Below are positions 38,526 through 51,220 of a stretch of DNA of 64,000 nt, in pieces. The translations under genes and the position numbers were made by a program. The stretch is taken from the NCBI RefSeq assembly GCF_009834535.1, contig NC_045698.1, positions 8,558,001 to 8,622,000 of the forward strand, read 5' to 3'. This DNA comes from Camelus ferus (lineage: Eukaryota). Every line of letters starts with the position of its first letter. Position 1 is the first letter of the stretch. The notes beneath the pieces were generated by a model that saw nothing but the letters and a program-made list of their open reading frames with translations, ran no database searches and was not told where the DNA came from.

Positions 38526-39899
38526 AAAAAGTGAGTTAAGGCCAACAACAATTAAAAAAAAAAACTGCTGTAATTATTCCTCACTTACTCCAGGCCACCC
38601 TGCTGACTGAAAAGTAAATAAAAACAAAAACATGGCAAAAAAAAGTGAGTCAGTGCTTATGTTTACTGTATTTTAAGATATCAATGAGAATCAAGATTAT
38701 CACAGTGATGAAAACTTTTCCTTGCTTCTACACAGAACTTCCACAGATTTCACCCTGTGCAAGGCAAAATTTTGCCTTCTGTTCCTTCTACTTGAACAGT
38801 AAACTATTTACCAAATTGCTTCCTTATGTTCAAACACTGTTAGGTTCTGCAGGAGAGAAAAAAACCTAACCTGGTCTGAAATGGTATGTCTTCCAAGAAA
38901 AAAAAAAAGAGCATCCAGTTTTCTAGTACATTTTTGAAAAGTCACCTAAGAATAGACATACCAATCAATATGCAACGAGGTTCTTAAATTGACAGCAATT
39001 ACACACAGACATTTTAAAGTGATAAAATAAATACAAATTATAAAATAAATAAAATTCAAATTAACAGCATTAATATAGACTGTGTGATGATCTTGGTTAG
39101 AAAAAAAAATGAACTTGGAAGTGACTGGTGGGGTGTGACACTTTCTGAGTTTTCTGTGCCACAGGATGACTCCATCTCCCTCCAACTTTGTTTACCGATG
39201 GCCAAACTGACCTCCTACAGACAGGACAGCCTTCACCCGGCAGAAACTCTCTGAGGACTTGCTAAGCTCATCCTCATTCCTTCCTAGAATGAATGTAACT
39301 GCAGCAGTGATTACAAACCCTGATACAGACAGAGGGCGTGAATTCCTGCTTGGCCCCCTTCTACCTGGGCCCCCACCCCACTCCACCAGCACGGCTTCTG
39401 CTGATGACACGGGTCAGCACCATGCCGCTAAACCCACTGTGCACACGTTAACCCGCTCCATGTCCCACCGGCAGCAAAAGATGCCCCTAAAATGCTCCCT
39501 TTGAAACTCTCAGCTTCAAGGGCACACCCCACCCCATCCTACTGGTTTCCCTCCCCTTCCTGTCTGGTCTTACTGTCTTATTCTTTGTGAGCTTATCCTT
39601 CCCCACCTGATCCTTGAGCACTGAACCACCTCAGTCCTATTGCCTGCATGCTCCATGCTCTCTGCTCAGCCATCTCTTCTACACCCAAAGCTGCTACTGT
39701 GAACAGCTTCCACATCTGTGTCTCTACTGTAGAGGTTCCGGGCGCTGTGAGGGACCTCTGGTACATGCAGTGGGCCTGTCGTGTGACTGAATCCTGAACC
39801 AAGTCTGCTCGCTCAGAATATTTCATCCTCTTGGCCAGGATTGCTCCCAGGAGACCTGAGCTGAACCGAGCAGCTCGATTCTTACAGAGTCTTCAGCAA

Positions 39900-40190
39900 C
39901 CACTAGGAAGAAGCGCACACTCTTCCTGGAGTGCTCACCTGCCAGAGCGTGAAGTTGGGACCCCCCACTGGCATACTGACCCTACGTGTGAAGAGCCTGC
40001 TGGAGACAATAAAGGAGAGAGCAGAATTAAGCGGTGGACAGAGAGAGACGTGTCATGAGCAGCAGAGTGCCTGGATGAGTCAAAACCGTAGCATTCTTAC
40101 TTGTGAGAGTCAATAAACCCCATCAATTCCCCCATTAAGCCAATTTAAGTCGGCTTGCTGTGATTTGCAAAGGGAGTCCCAACTAATCAG
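39900..40190 (+). mobile_element. Old MaLR LTR fragment (MLT1J-like)
   Basis: gaagagcctgctggag...agagagcagaattaag...gtgagagtcaataaacccc...ttaagccaatttaagtcgg...tttgcaa...gagtcccaactaat. Confidence 0.55.
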
Positions 40191-40299
40191 AAACCTGCTT
40201 CCAGTCGTCAGGGATGCCTAGAAACAGACCTGGGTGATCTGCAGGGACAGTGTATGTATTGAGGATGCTTTGCCTTTGACTAGAAAGGAAGGTACTCAC

Positions 40300-40462
40300 T
40301 CTTTGTAGCAAGACAGCTATCAAACTCCTGTCTGTGTGCTTCAGACCTCGGGCCTGGCGGTTCAGATGACTTGGTCAGGTAGGGCAGTGGGGCAGGGGGT
40401 GCCAGATGCTTCTTGTAGCCTTTAGTAAAGTCCTTCAAGGAAGAGGCAATAATATGTCCAGA
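40300..40462 (-). other. Candidate 163-nt exon (unidentified)
   Basis: Minus strand tttattttcttctctatttcctgatgcaccag|TCTGGA...GCTACAAAGA|gtgagt; open frame SGHIIASSLKDFTKGYKKHLAPPAPLPYLTKSSEPPGPRSEAHRQEFDSCLATK. No recognised homologue. Confidence 0.25.
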
Positions 40463-41369
40463 CTGGTGCATCAGGAAATAGAGAAGAAAATAAACTATGA
40501 CCCCAGGACCACTTTCCATCCATGGCCAGCAACCCAGGATGGCCAAGGCAGAAAACCAAGACCCTGCGGGGTTGGAACAGCCAAACTAGACTGTCATGTC
40601 TCTCTCTCCAGAAGTCTGGTGATAAGATATAAGCTATAAAATACACCGAGCTGCTCAGGGGGAGGATACAGGTACAAAGATTAGCTAAGAATTTTCACTC
40701 ACATTCTACATTCAAAGACAAGAGATCATTAACACGGAGAATGTTTCACTTCACTTTGCCGAAAACTCCAAGGAAATGAGAAACATAAAGTGGAAAATGT
40801 AGGCTTCAATTTTATGTCAAATTAAAAATGATGAACATATTTTGTTTTGTAAAGACAAACATATTTCCTAGATATGAAATTCTAAGGTAGTAGATTGGCA
40901 GTAAGACAGCTACTGACAATCAGCTTCTCATTCATGCAGAAAGCACAGTTTCACCTGCATTATTTCTACCAAATATCCAACTCTATGAACTTTATGAATA
41001 CTAGTGTTATCCCGCTGTACATTTTAAGTAATTAAATTGACAGAAGAAACGGGGCTGGGGAATGAGAAAGGAGGCCAACATTATTAATGTAAAAATGTAA
41101 TTTTTTTCTAAAAATAATGGTAGTTCTTTTGTTCAAATCTGTTCTGCTACTGAGCACTGATGAAGAACAGCACGTGGGTACAAATCTAAGATTACAGTAT
41201 TTCACTCATACATTTGCCTCGCATTTCAGAATAAGTTTCTCTTTGAAAGGTATAATCCTTTGTACTATCCGAGATAGATTTTCTTAAAAATAGTTGAAAG
41301 ATACTGCTTATTTATAAAGTAAATAAATACCTCAAGCTTCCCTGTTTACATGAAGTAAACAGTCTGAAG

Positions 41370-41700
41370 ACAGATGGGGAAGAGGGTCCAGCCTGACCCG
41401 GCTGGCACTCTTACCTTGGACTTCCAGCCTCCAGAACTGAGAGAAATCAATTTGTTTACCCAGTCGGTGGTGTTCTGTCAGAGCAGACCAAGTGGTCTAA
41501 GACAGCGACATCAAGTCTCACCTAAATTTTCAAGCTGCAAACTTGCTCACATGAGCCAATGCCTTAAATTAAATCTCTCCATAGAGACAGATAGACATGT
41601 ATCTCTAGAGATAGATAGACAGATAAAGCTCTCTAGAGATGTGTAAATATATATGTTTCTATAGATAGATGTGTATAAACAGAATCCTCACGAATACAGT
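41370..41700 (+). mobile_element. MLT1 LTR 3' end abutting an MLT2-like LTR 3' end with a degenerate (TAGA)n tract
   Basis: gctggcactcttaccttggacttccagcctccagaactgagagaaat...ctaagaca (to ~41504), then cacatgagccaatgccttaaattaaatctctc plus atagagacagatagac... Confidence 0.65.
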
Positions 41701-43669
41701 TCCCAATGAAAATGAAATCTTCAAGGATAAACTGTAACAGATTATCTGTACACATGGCTCATCATGGAGTTGATTCCTTTTATTAGAATGACACTTAAAT
41801 GTCATCAAAAAGATCTTGGCCTAAACTCTACCTTTCTGGAGAAGAAAAGTCTTTACTCTGCATATTTGAAAGAGCTGGTCCTCTGTTTTCTCAGCTGTAG
41901 TTCTTCCTCAAGGGAATTTCCTGAGTCTGCTCTGGAGCCTGATGGTAGCTGGTCCCATCCGTCCACAGTCAGCAGGAGCAGCTGGCTCTCTGCCACCTTG
42001 TTCATCAACACAGAGCCTGTTGTGTGATCCTACTGTTAAAGTCATTCAACAGAGTCTAACCAGGACATCTTCACATGACTGAACTCCTCCTGCAGTTCTG
42101 AATCAACCTGCCAGAGTGTGTGTACTTTCTGGGAGTTCGCTTGGCCTCTGTGTTGCTGCCAGCTCTCCATTTTGGCAATGAACAATTCCATTTGTGATTT
42201 TGGTAAACACAATATGTTTCAGACGGTGCTGATGGTAAAAGTAATCTCAAAAAAAAAAGAAAAAAATCGAAGTCTCAATATCCAAAAACCTAGCCAGAAC
42301 AAGCTATTTATACTTTTTGTCAGTGGTAGATAAATTGGTTAGGTCGGAGGGCAGTTGAATGCAGTGTTTGCTTTCCAGAAAAGGTAAGTAAAAGCTTCTG
42401 AGTATGATTTTCTAGTCAGACAGTCATGGTACATTTTCTCCTTCTACCTCAAGTCAGCCACTAACTTTTCCCTCTCCATCTCCATCTTTTCCCCCTCCAC
42501 ACATTGAGAATTAGCTTACAGATCTTTGCCTTGCTCCCTCCCTCACTGTGTCCAGTGTTATTCATTGTCTGTTCTTCCTTTCCTCTAACCTTTCCCTTCA
42601 TTAGCTTTCAGTTATTAACTTCACATTTTTCAGTGTCCCACCGTGGGCAACGAACGGTCCTGTGCCCAGCCCCAAGAACATCGCCCAGCAACTAACCTCA
42701 AAATGCTCCCTGCAAAGCCATTTGTTATAATCAAAGGTGGTATTTAAAAGCCTAAAAGCAGTTAAAGAGAAAAGGACATTTCTTCAAATTAGAAAAAAAA
42801 TAATAATGGTGTCCCTGTTCAATAGTGACAGATAAAAGTTGATCTGTACAACTCTAAACCATTATTTTCTTCCCTCGACAGTAGCGATGGTCTAATGGCT
42901 AAACAGATAATAACAAGAATCAATAGAAAACTGAGGGAGATATTGTTAGGAAACTCGCTTGAGTAAACATGGGGCACCTCCGTGTGTAGCGCATCACACC
43001 AAGGAAACCGCTGACGGCCCCCTTTTCTGAAAAGAGACCGTGGCAATTTCACGAGTCAGAGAAACTAACATTAGATGCTCCACGCACCACCGAGGTGACC
43101 CAGATAGTTCCAAGTTAAACATACATATCTAGTGAGAAGATACGACACTTAAATTTTTAAACCTCAAAACTTGTATTTAAATGGGGTTTGCCAACAGTCT
43201 TTCCTAGATCTTGGAATTCCACTGACCCTTTGGAAATGGCTTCTGGTATACATCTGAAGCTGAAGCAGGTGACAAAAGTAATGGAAGGCTACAAACCTGT
43301 ATCTGAATTACCTGTTCACAGAAGCCCCAACTGCTACTTCATCAGGAAGAAACAGGGGGGCTGGAGATGAACAAGAGGAAACTGATTTGATAATGTGTCT
43401 GCCCTTGTGCACTTTCACAGCTGAAAATCCCACCCTGCTCCCGTGATCTTTCTGTTACTTTCTTCTTTTCTTTCTCTGTTTCTTGTCTGTTTCTCTATAT
43501 CTATCTTTCAATGTCTTTTGTGTTCTTTGTGAATCTCCCCCCAGATAATCAAATCACACTCCAATCTGGGAACCCGATTCAAGGCATCTCCAAATTGGAA
43601 ACTGAGAAAACAAGCTTCTGAGGAGCATCCACCTGCGCCCGCACCTCCGCTCCGTCTCCCATTCTATGG

Positions 43670-44060
43670 GAAACACCACATTCAGCTTTGCTCGCATCAC
43701 TCCATCAAAACCACCTTGGCCAGGGGCCCCAGTGACCATCCCTTTGCTAAGCTCACAGTCAATGCTCAGGCCTGCTTTCTTTCATCTGCCAACAGTGTCT
43801 TCAGCTTTCATCACAACTAAGGTCTTGACTGATCTTGTTCAGGGACATCAGACTCCACTGGCTCTCCTCCCACCTCACTGGCCACTGCCTGTCACCCTTC
43901 TGCTGTTCCCTCCTCTCCCTGACCTCCCAATAGCACCTGCCCCCGGGCTCGCCGGTCCTACGTCCTCTTCTCCATTTACACCCACTTCTGGGGGGAATCT
44001 TATCCAGTCTGGTGGCTTGAAATATCATGTACATGTCGGTTATCACCATCTCCAGCCTGG
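43670..44060 (+). mobile_element. L2 LINE ORF2 remnant
   Basis: cccagtgaccatccctttgctaagctcacagtcaatgctcaggcctgc...gtcctcttctccatttacaccc...aatcttatccagtctggtggcttgaaatatcat; accounts for ORF 43666..44196. Confidence 0.65.
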
Positions 44061-44559
44061 ATCCCTTGAAGAATGTCTTCAACTTCCCAGAGACTCAGTT
44101 CCTTCTTTGTCAAATCAGGATAATGTTTCACAGTTTGTTTGTTTGTTTGTTTTAATGTTTAAGACCAAATACAATGATGCATGTAAAACACAATAAATTC
44201 AAAAGTGCAAGATCACACGATAAGAAGACCCACTATTCCCTCTGCACTGGGCCGTTTGCCGTGTGCGGTCATTTTTCATAAACCACGTGATAAAAATGCA
44301 CTGTGATTGTAATGTGCAGCTGCACTCACAAACCAAATAAATCTGATTAAGACACAGTTCCTTAAAGAGTGATGGTTACTTGGGCTTTCCCATTCGAGCA
44401 TAGAAATCCTATGGTGCCCAGAAGGCAGCCTTAAACGAGGGATTAACTAGAGATGCCAAAAGGATCTGAGGAGAAGGCATCAAGCCCCAGGCTGAGACAA
44501 GGACAACGGCATCGTGTTTCACCTGGAAAGAGGCCAGAGGTGCCCAGGCTCCGGAGCGA

Positions 44560-44725
44560 GACATCCTGGGTTCAACCCCTGGTTCACCTACCTTCACTGT
44601 GTACACGGCCTTGGACCAATTGCCTGACCTGCCCTCATCTGAAAAATGGAGACAATCCCTTGGTTTATCGTGAGGATTAAATGAGCCACCACCCATGGAG
44701 CTCTGAGAAGACCTGTGCTCGACCA
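44560..44725 (+). mobile_element. MIR SINE
   Basis: cctgggttcaacccctggttcacc...ggccttggaccaattgcctgacctgccctcatctgaaaaatggagacaat...tcgtgaggattaaatgag. Confidence 0.75.
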
Positions 44726-45024
44726 AGGAATTCTCCTGGGCAACCATGCGTGGGGAAACAAACAGAACAAAGTTCAATGTATGCATCCAACGAGGGAAAG
44801 CATTTTCCTGCCAATTAAGTAAAGGCCAGAGGAGAGGAGGTGGGGAAGCAGCTTCTCATCAGGAGGAGAAACAAAGAAAATCTAAAGCCAGGGGGTATGT
44901 TGAAATATGCATGCAATATACATGACTTGACACTCTGCTGTTAAGATTATCCACAGAGTGAGCATTCTCTGACTCAGTAACTTCAGGACAGAGTGACAGC
45001 GGTTCCTGGTCACCCTGACCCTGA

Positions 45025-45208
45025 GGTCCTCTCAGGGAGGTTCTGGGACAGCAGCATTCACATCAGCTGGCAGCCTGGAGGACGTGCACATTCTTGGGCC
45101 TCAGCCCAGATCTAATGAATCAGAAACTGTGGGTCTGGGACTCAGCAATCTGAGTTATAATGAGCCCCCAGATGATAGGGACATGCGCCAAAGTCTGACA
45201 GCCACTGC
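45025..45208. mobile_element. MER5A-type hAT MITE
   Basis: cagcagcattcacatcagctgg...cacattcttgggcctcagcccagatctaatgaatcagaaactgtggg...aaagtctgacagccactg. Confidence 0.8.
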
Positions 45209-46494
45209 CCTAAGCCAGCAACTCCCAAAAGAGAAGAAAAGATACTGACGGAGGATTGAACTTGACTTTCCACTGCTTTATCTAGGCAACTAGTTTATAG
45301 TGCTTGGTTGCAAGCAAATGTCTTTAGAAAACATTGCGTGTAAGTAGTATTCATGGGAAAATTGCATGTGGCTTGGCAGCACACAAACTCTTCAACTCAC
45401 CGATATCCACCAGGCCAAAGCTACGTGTCACCCTGTAAACCAGGAAAGACGAGAAGAATAAAATGTGGGCCTGTCCCCTGGGGGGTTATAACATTATGAG
45501 CTACAGATGCAAAAAGACTAACAAAAATACAAAAGCCAAAGAAGCTCCTGCTGTCTCAACTAAGAAGGGGCTGAAGAAGGTTCTGGAAGATTAAACATGC
45601 AAGGAATGATGACAAGCACAGTTGGTCAGGTGTGGCAGGAGGGCAGAGGGAGCAAGGATGTTCTTGGAGAGGAGGCTGGACATGCCGCTGGACATGGGAC
45701 TTGAGTGTCATTCCTGAGGGGTCTGGTCTTTAGTTTTTTCAGTACCAAGTTGTTGAAGGCTTTCAGGAAAGGCTGTGTTTCTCTATATCCATCAAACTCA
45801 GCTCAGGATGATAGTTTAGGAGCAATCTGAGGTGCAGAGAGGAAAGGGGCTGGACAGAGATTTGACGAATAGACTACTGTGAAGAAAAAGGGAAGAGATG
45901 AGGATGAAATGGAAGTAAAAACCACAAAGCACAGTTAGGACAGAGGATATGAGGGCGTCAGTGACTGGATCCACAGGGTGAATTACTGAATTACTGTGTG
46001 AGTCAAATATGGTCCCAGGTTTACTGACAATGTAGCTGAAACTGAGCTATGTATAAAGCATCTAAAATGTACACTCAGACTGGAATAAACCTGAGCTCTA
46101 TATGAGTTACTTGCACAAGAAACAAAACCAAAATCTCTGCTCTTTAGAGTCAAACCAAAGTGGAAACACGATTATGGGAACCCCTTTAATATTATGTAAG
46201 ATGGTTTATTCTCAAATTTATCAAATTCCCAAACAATCCATTTATACAGTTGAAATTACAGTGATAAAGCCACGTCCAGTTAGTTGATTTGAGAATGTGT
46301 GTTTTAAAATGTCCACATCCTTTTTTAGATATCTGTACTTAAACATCACCCCCATGATGTCTAAGCCCTACCAACAGCAGGGTTGGACTCCTAAATTCTA
46401 AAGTTCACTCTAAACATTAAAAACATATGTGTTCGTATTTCAATGTTCTCTACTCTCGTATGATTCATTTAAATTGTCTATAAGAAAACAGATA

Positions 46495-46790
46495 CAGAAA
46501 TGAGCTCCCCTATGGAGGAGATTTCTGAAGAGCCCAAGATAAGGACAAGCCAGCCATATCAAGGTGTGACGTTCCGTCAAGACGTTTGTGAAGGCACGTG
46601 CAGCAGATGCAAAGGCACAGGGGCAGCAACATACTTGATCTGTGAGGGAAACGGAGATGCACGTGTACATGGGGGGCAGCAGTCAGGGAAGCATGTCCTT
46701 GCCTGCCACAGAAAAGGGACTCTTCCTGGTGCGTGGAATTGCCGGGGAGGATGGTGCAAAGAAGAATCCTATGATCCGATTACCCTTTGC
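46495..46790 (-). mobile_element. L2 LINE fragment
   Basis: ggaggagatttctgaag...cagcagatgcaaaggcacaggggcagcaacatacttg matches the L2 motif aacagcatgtgcaaaggccctgaggcagg. Confidence 0.6.
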
Positions 46791-47447
46791 CAGTGAGTTT
46801 ATACTTATGTTCTAATGAGTAATGCAAATCTTGTCAACCGGACCCAGAATAACATATAATAAAAGCTCTTGACTCATAAGAGTATCTTTAGGGTCATTAA
46901 ACATAAGAACTAATATACACGTAAGTATAGGTTAACACACTTAGTGTCATATTCAGTAAATCCGAGCTAAGCCACATATGTACGTATTTAATCACTGACT
47001 ACCTATGCTGTTCAAGAAAGAACATCATCTCCATTCAAGGGAACTGACGCCAGTCAGCTCTCTTACGTGTTTTGACATAGTACATAAGCGCGTAGGAAAA
47101 GGAAGAAGACACACTGTAACGGATTACAGCTTCAACATAAACCTTCCGCGTGGGCTCCACAGAAGGCTGCCAAGGCCCTTCTACTCATGGCCAGCACAAG
47201 GCTGGAGGGCACAGAACTTTCTGATGGGACACACGTGGATTCCTGAGGAACACGTGTTTGCTTGGGGCCCACACCAAGTCTGGGACTCCCTGTGGCTTGC
47301 TCTGGGTGGCTGGACTTACAGCCTCAAAACAATATGACAACGAAATTACAGACACTGTGGCTCAAACCCAGCTATGCACCCTTGTCTAAAGCAACTTTAT
47401 ACAAGATGTGCTCCTGCTTGTTGCCCACTCATGTCTCCCTCAATTTT

Positions 47448-47671
47448 TTTTTTCATATTCCTTTTCATTATAGGCCATTACAAGGTATTGAATACAGTTC
47501 CCTGTGCTACACAGAAGGACCTTGTTGTTTACCTATTTCATACGTAGTAGTGTGTATCTACAAATCCCGAACTCCCAATTTATCTCTCCCCATCCACCCT
47601 TTGCTTCCTGGTAACCATAAGTTTCTTTTCTATGTCTGTGTATCTGTCTCTGTTTTGCAAATAAGTTCATT
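47448..47671 (-). mobile_element. L1 3'UTR fragment lacking the terminal ~90 nt, flanked by a near-perfect TSD
   Basis: tgtctccctcaatttt (47432-47447) / tgtctcccttcaatttt (47672-47688); body catattccttttcattataggccattacaagg...ataagttcatttg. Confidence 0.85.
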
Positions 47672-47819
47672 TGTCTCCCTTCAATTTTAATTAGATCTTC
47701 CTTATTACTAATTTATCCATAAAAGCCTTCTTAAACGTTTTCTAGAACAAGCCTGGATACTATATAATAATGACATAAACAGGTGACATGGTTGGTTTTA
47801 CTGAATACTTCCCTACAAT

Positions 47820-48343
47820 TGTAACAGGGAAGAACAAATCTGACTCTGTACTGGATCTGTTTCTTTTACTTTAACCTTTGCATTCTATGGCTTTTGCTAC
47901 AAGTTAATCACTAAAGGGGGGTTGGGTTGCCTATAGCTTGAAGTGTATGTAATCGCCCATCTCCAGGAACCCTGTCTCCCAAGCCTGAGTGTTAAGCCAA
48001 AATATCTTTACTTCAGTTCACAGGACACATCTTGACCAGGGACACCTGTAAATGACTGCAGGAAAGAAAAAATTAACACATCCCCTCTGGAGTCTGGCCA
48101 GAACCAGGACATATTTGCAACAACTTCACACTTTTTTCACTTTACCTCCTCACCTCCTGCTCTTTGCTCTATAAAACACACTAGCATCCCAACCCAGGCA
48201 AGGTGATTCTTTGAGACACTAGTCCACCATCTTCTTGATTTGCTGGCTTTCTGAATAAAGTCACTATTCCTTGCCCCAACAGCTTGTTTCTCAATTTATT
48301 GGACTGTCGTGCAGTGAGCAGTACTATCTTGGACTCAGTAACA
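47820..48343 (+). mobile_element. ERV1 solo LTR, MER41-like (cetartiodactyl type)
   Basis: TG...CA termini (tgtaacagggaagaacaaatctgactc...ggactcagtaaca), TATAAAA at 48170-48176, AATAAA at 48254-48259, degenerate 4-bp TSD caat/cggt; 524 bp. Confidence 0.85.
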
Positions 48344-51220
48344 CGGTGACGTCAACGCAGATGCCCACAAAGCAATCCCCACAATCCTACAGGTAGTTAA
48401 ATACACAGTTGACAGAATGGAGTGAGGGGACTGACACTTGTGTGACAGTGAAAACCTGAAGTGTTTGTAGAGAGAATAAACCCAGAGTTGCAAGTGTAAG
48501 GTTTCAATACAAAAAATAAAATATCAAAATGTGTCCTATTTTTCTCATCTTACCTACTAGCAGGCCTCTACAGGAATTCTGTATCCAGTTTCTTGATCTA
48601 TTTAGCATGGATGCCTGTTCTTAGCCTTCAAAGCATTAATTTCGCTGTGCCTGTCCACCCTTCTTGCTGCCAGCTTGATCAAATAACAATAAAAGAAAAA
48701 CAGCAGAGCAGCAACAGTAACAATGGCTGATACTCCAGCAAGCTTAGTTGCATACGCTGCCCTCTGGGTTAAATGCTTTACAAGCCCTGCCTTGTTTATT
48801 TGAAACACTTAATGAAGCAGACTCAGTGATGGTCTCCGTTTCACAGTTAAGACTTGAGTGTCTCCAAGGTTACAAAGCTAATCGGTGTTGGAATCCAGCC
48901 TGACCCCAGACCCACACTCTGGACCCCTGCAAGAGTATCTCCCTTAGGACTGTCTGCTCAGACGCAGCCCAAGCTCCACGCCGGTATGGAATCTTCACAT
49001 TCCTTTAGCACGGAAGTCTCCTCCCGACAAGTAACTGAAGCAGTTCATTTCTGTGCCATAGGTATTATACTTGACCCACGGGGCGGGGTACTGTAGTTCA
49101 CGCTATCTCTGCATGAGTTAAGTCCCACATGTATATCTTCCTACAGCTACAAGTCCGGAAAAACAAAAGAGAAAAAGATGTACCAAACAACAATGACAAT
49201 AATAATCAATACGTCTTCCTATCAGTCATCAGATCCAGTGACCATTCATGGAATTATTACAGGAAGAATAAATTACCAGTTCCCAGAAGAAATCAAGTTC
49301 TCACACGACCTGGCCCCCTCCACATCTCTACATAGACCTGGAAGGTGTCCACTGGTTCCCATCACTGGCCTTCTTTCAATTCACAGAAAGGTCCATGCAT
49401 TTTCTTGCCCCAGGGTCTTTGCACATGCTCTCCTCCCAGAAGTCTCTATCTCCCACTCTTACCCTTGATAACTACTGCTCATTCTGTAGACGCACCTATA
49501 TGTCTGTTCCTTAAGTGCGCCTCATACAACACCAGCCTTTGTCCAATATTCTCTTTCCCAGCATCCTGCTTTTTTCCCCACTTTGCCTTTATCTCAGCAG
49601 CAAACCTGCCTCCCCTTAAGACCAAGCACCATGAGGGCAGATGGTATAACTATTTTGTATTAAATACTCTGTCCTCAATATCTTCCCTTACCACAGTATA
49701 AGCACAATGTAGTTACTACCAGAAACAGACAGGCAGATTCTCCCCAAGTCTTTTATTTGCCATCTATGCAAGGAATTATCACAATAAGAAAAAAAAATTA
49801 GTGTAGTTTAAATTGTACCTCTATATTTATGCAGAAGTCAATCATGCATTGGTTCATCTTATGAATCAAAATCAATCAGGTTAAATCTCGAAACTTTTTC
49901 TAACTCAACTGGTTTATGCTATGATAAAAAATGTAAAAACTCAACAACTTTGTTGGACAGTAAATTTGAGGTGCAGCTTCATTCAGAAGCTGGACTCCAC
50001 TTTATACATCCTGGGTTTCTAATCTGCTAGGAAATGCCCGAGGAACAGTGGTTCTCTCAGTATTTCAGCACCTCCACTTCAATTTCCCACGAAAATAGAA
50101 ACTGCAGAAGTACTGAGAATGAAAAAAATTGCTACTTCTTGCAACCAATTCTGGCTGTAAAGCTTACTTTTTAAGCAGTGTTCTTCCTCTACTGTATTTG
50201 CTCACTCACACTGGCATTAACCAGCAAGTGATTTCATTAAGTATTCTACAGTACTGGGGTTCTTCTGAATCCTTACAGAATATGAATGCATAGATGGTGT
50301 ATTCGTAATAAATCACAATTTTTTTTTACACAGGGATGTTTTGTAACCAAGATTTACTGGCTATAAAAATGTTTTCATCTAATGTTCGATTCTTCTGTTG
50401 AGAAGCATTATATATTCTAAACAAAACAGCACTCACACTTCCTTCTCTGCAACTGCTTTCTGCAGATTTACTAATGTTTCAACCACTCATCAATCATGTA
50501 ATTACCTTTACTGGGCAATTCCATTCTCAGCGAATTTTAGAGAACGGCTGTGAATGCTATTGTTTTAAAAATAACATTCCGCAGCATTTCAAAAGACACA
50601 TGATCAGTAATCAGTTTAACAAGAGGTGTATAACCAATTCTTTTTCAGAACTAAGTACTTTTAAGGTCATCTGTAAATTTTACTGTTTTAGAATTTAAAT
50701 TGGATTTCTGGTAACTATATATAAAATTCTATGATGCATATAAGGTGCGCTCCGTTTACACAATACGAAAAAGTAGAAAACATACATAACTTTACTGCTT
50801 GTAACAATTACATCCTATGGAAGCCAGAGGTCAGTAGGTTGTTTTTTATTTTTTTTAACAAGTGCTATGGTTTACCTTATAACACATTTATAAAGAAGCT
50901 AACCAGGTAATTTAGGTATCAATTAAATTTTTAATTTGGTTTAGTTCAAGCAGTAACCTCACCTACGGTGACGTGACATTTAAATATAATAGTTCTTGAA
51001 GAAGACTGGCAAATCCCATTAATCCAAGATCTCATGTAAAACATTACATCCCCGTAAGTATTGTAAATATGGAGCACAGCACAAAGTCTGCCTAAATTTT
51101 CCTGTAAGAGTAGAATTTCTCTCTCAACAAAACGTAAGTTTTTTTTTTACTGATAAAGTTTAAAGACAGTGTCTTCAGAAATCTCTCCACTGCAAATCAC
51201 AATCTAAATAGCATTGTTTG

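Noticed and set aside
41852..42030. Minus-strand open stretch DHTTGSVLMNKVAESQLLLLTVDGWDQLPSG...
   Set aside because: Weak splice sites and no recognisable family; insufficient support.
43666..44196. Longest ORF in the window (176 aa)
   Set aside because: Lies over an L2 remnant and runs into a MIR-like/T-rich segment; no recognisable protein.
46500..46796. 98-aa ORF with a CxxCxGxG-like motif (CSRCKGTG, ICEGNG) resembling a DnaJ zinc finger
   Set aside because: The underlying DNA matches an L2 remnant (cagatgcaaaggcacaggggcag); there is only one complete motif and no J-domain or splice support.
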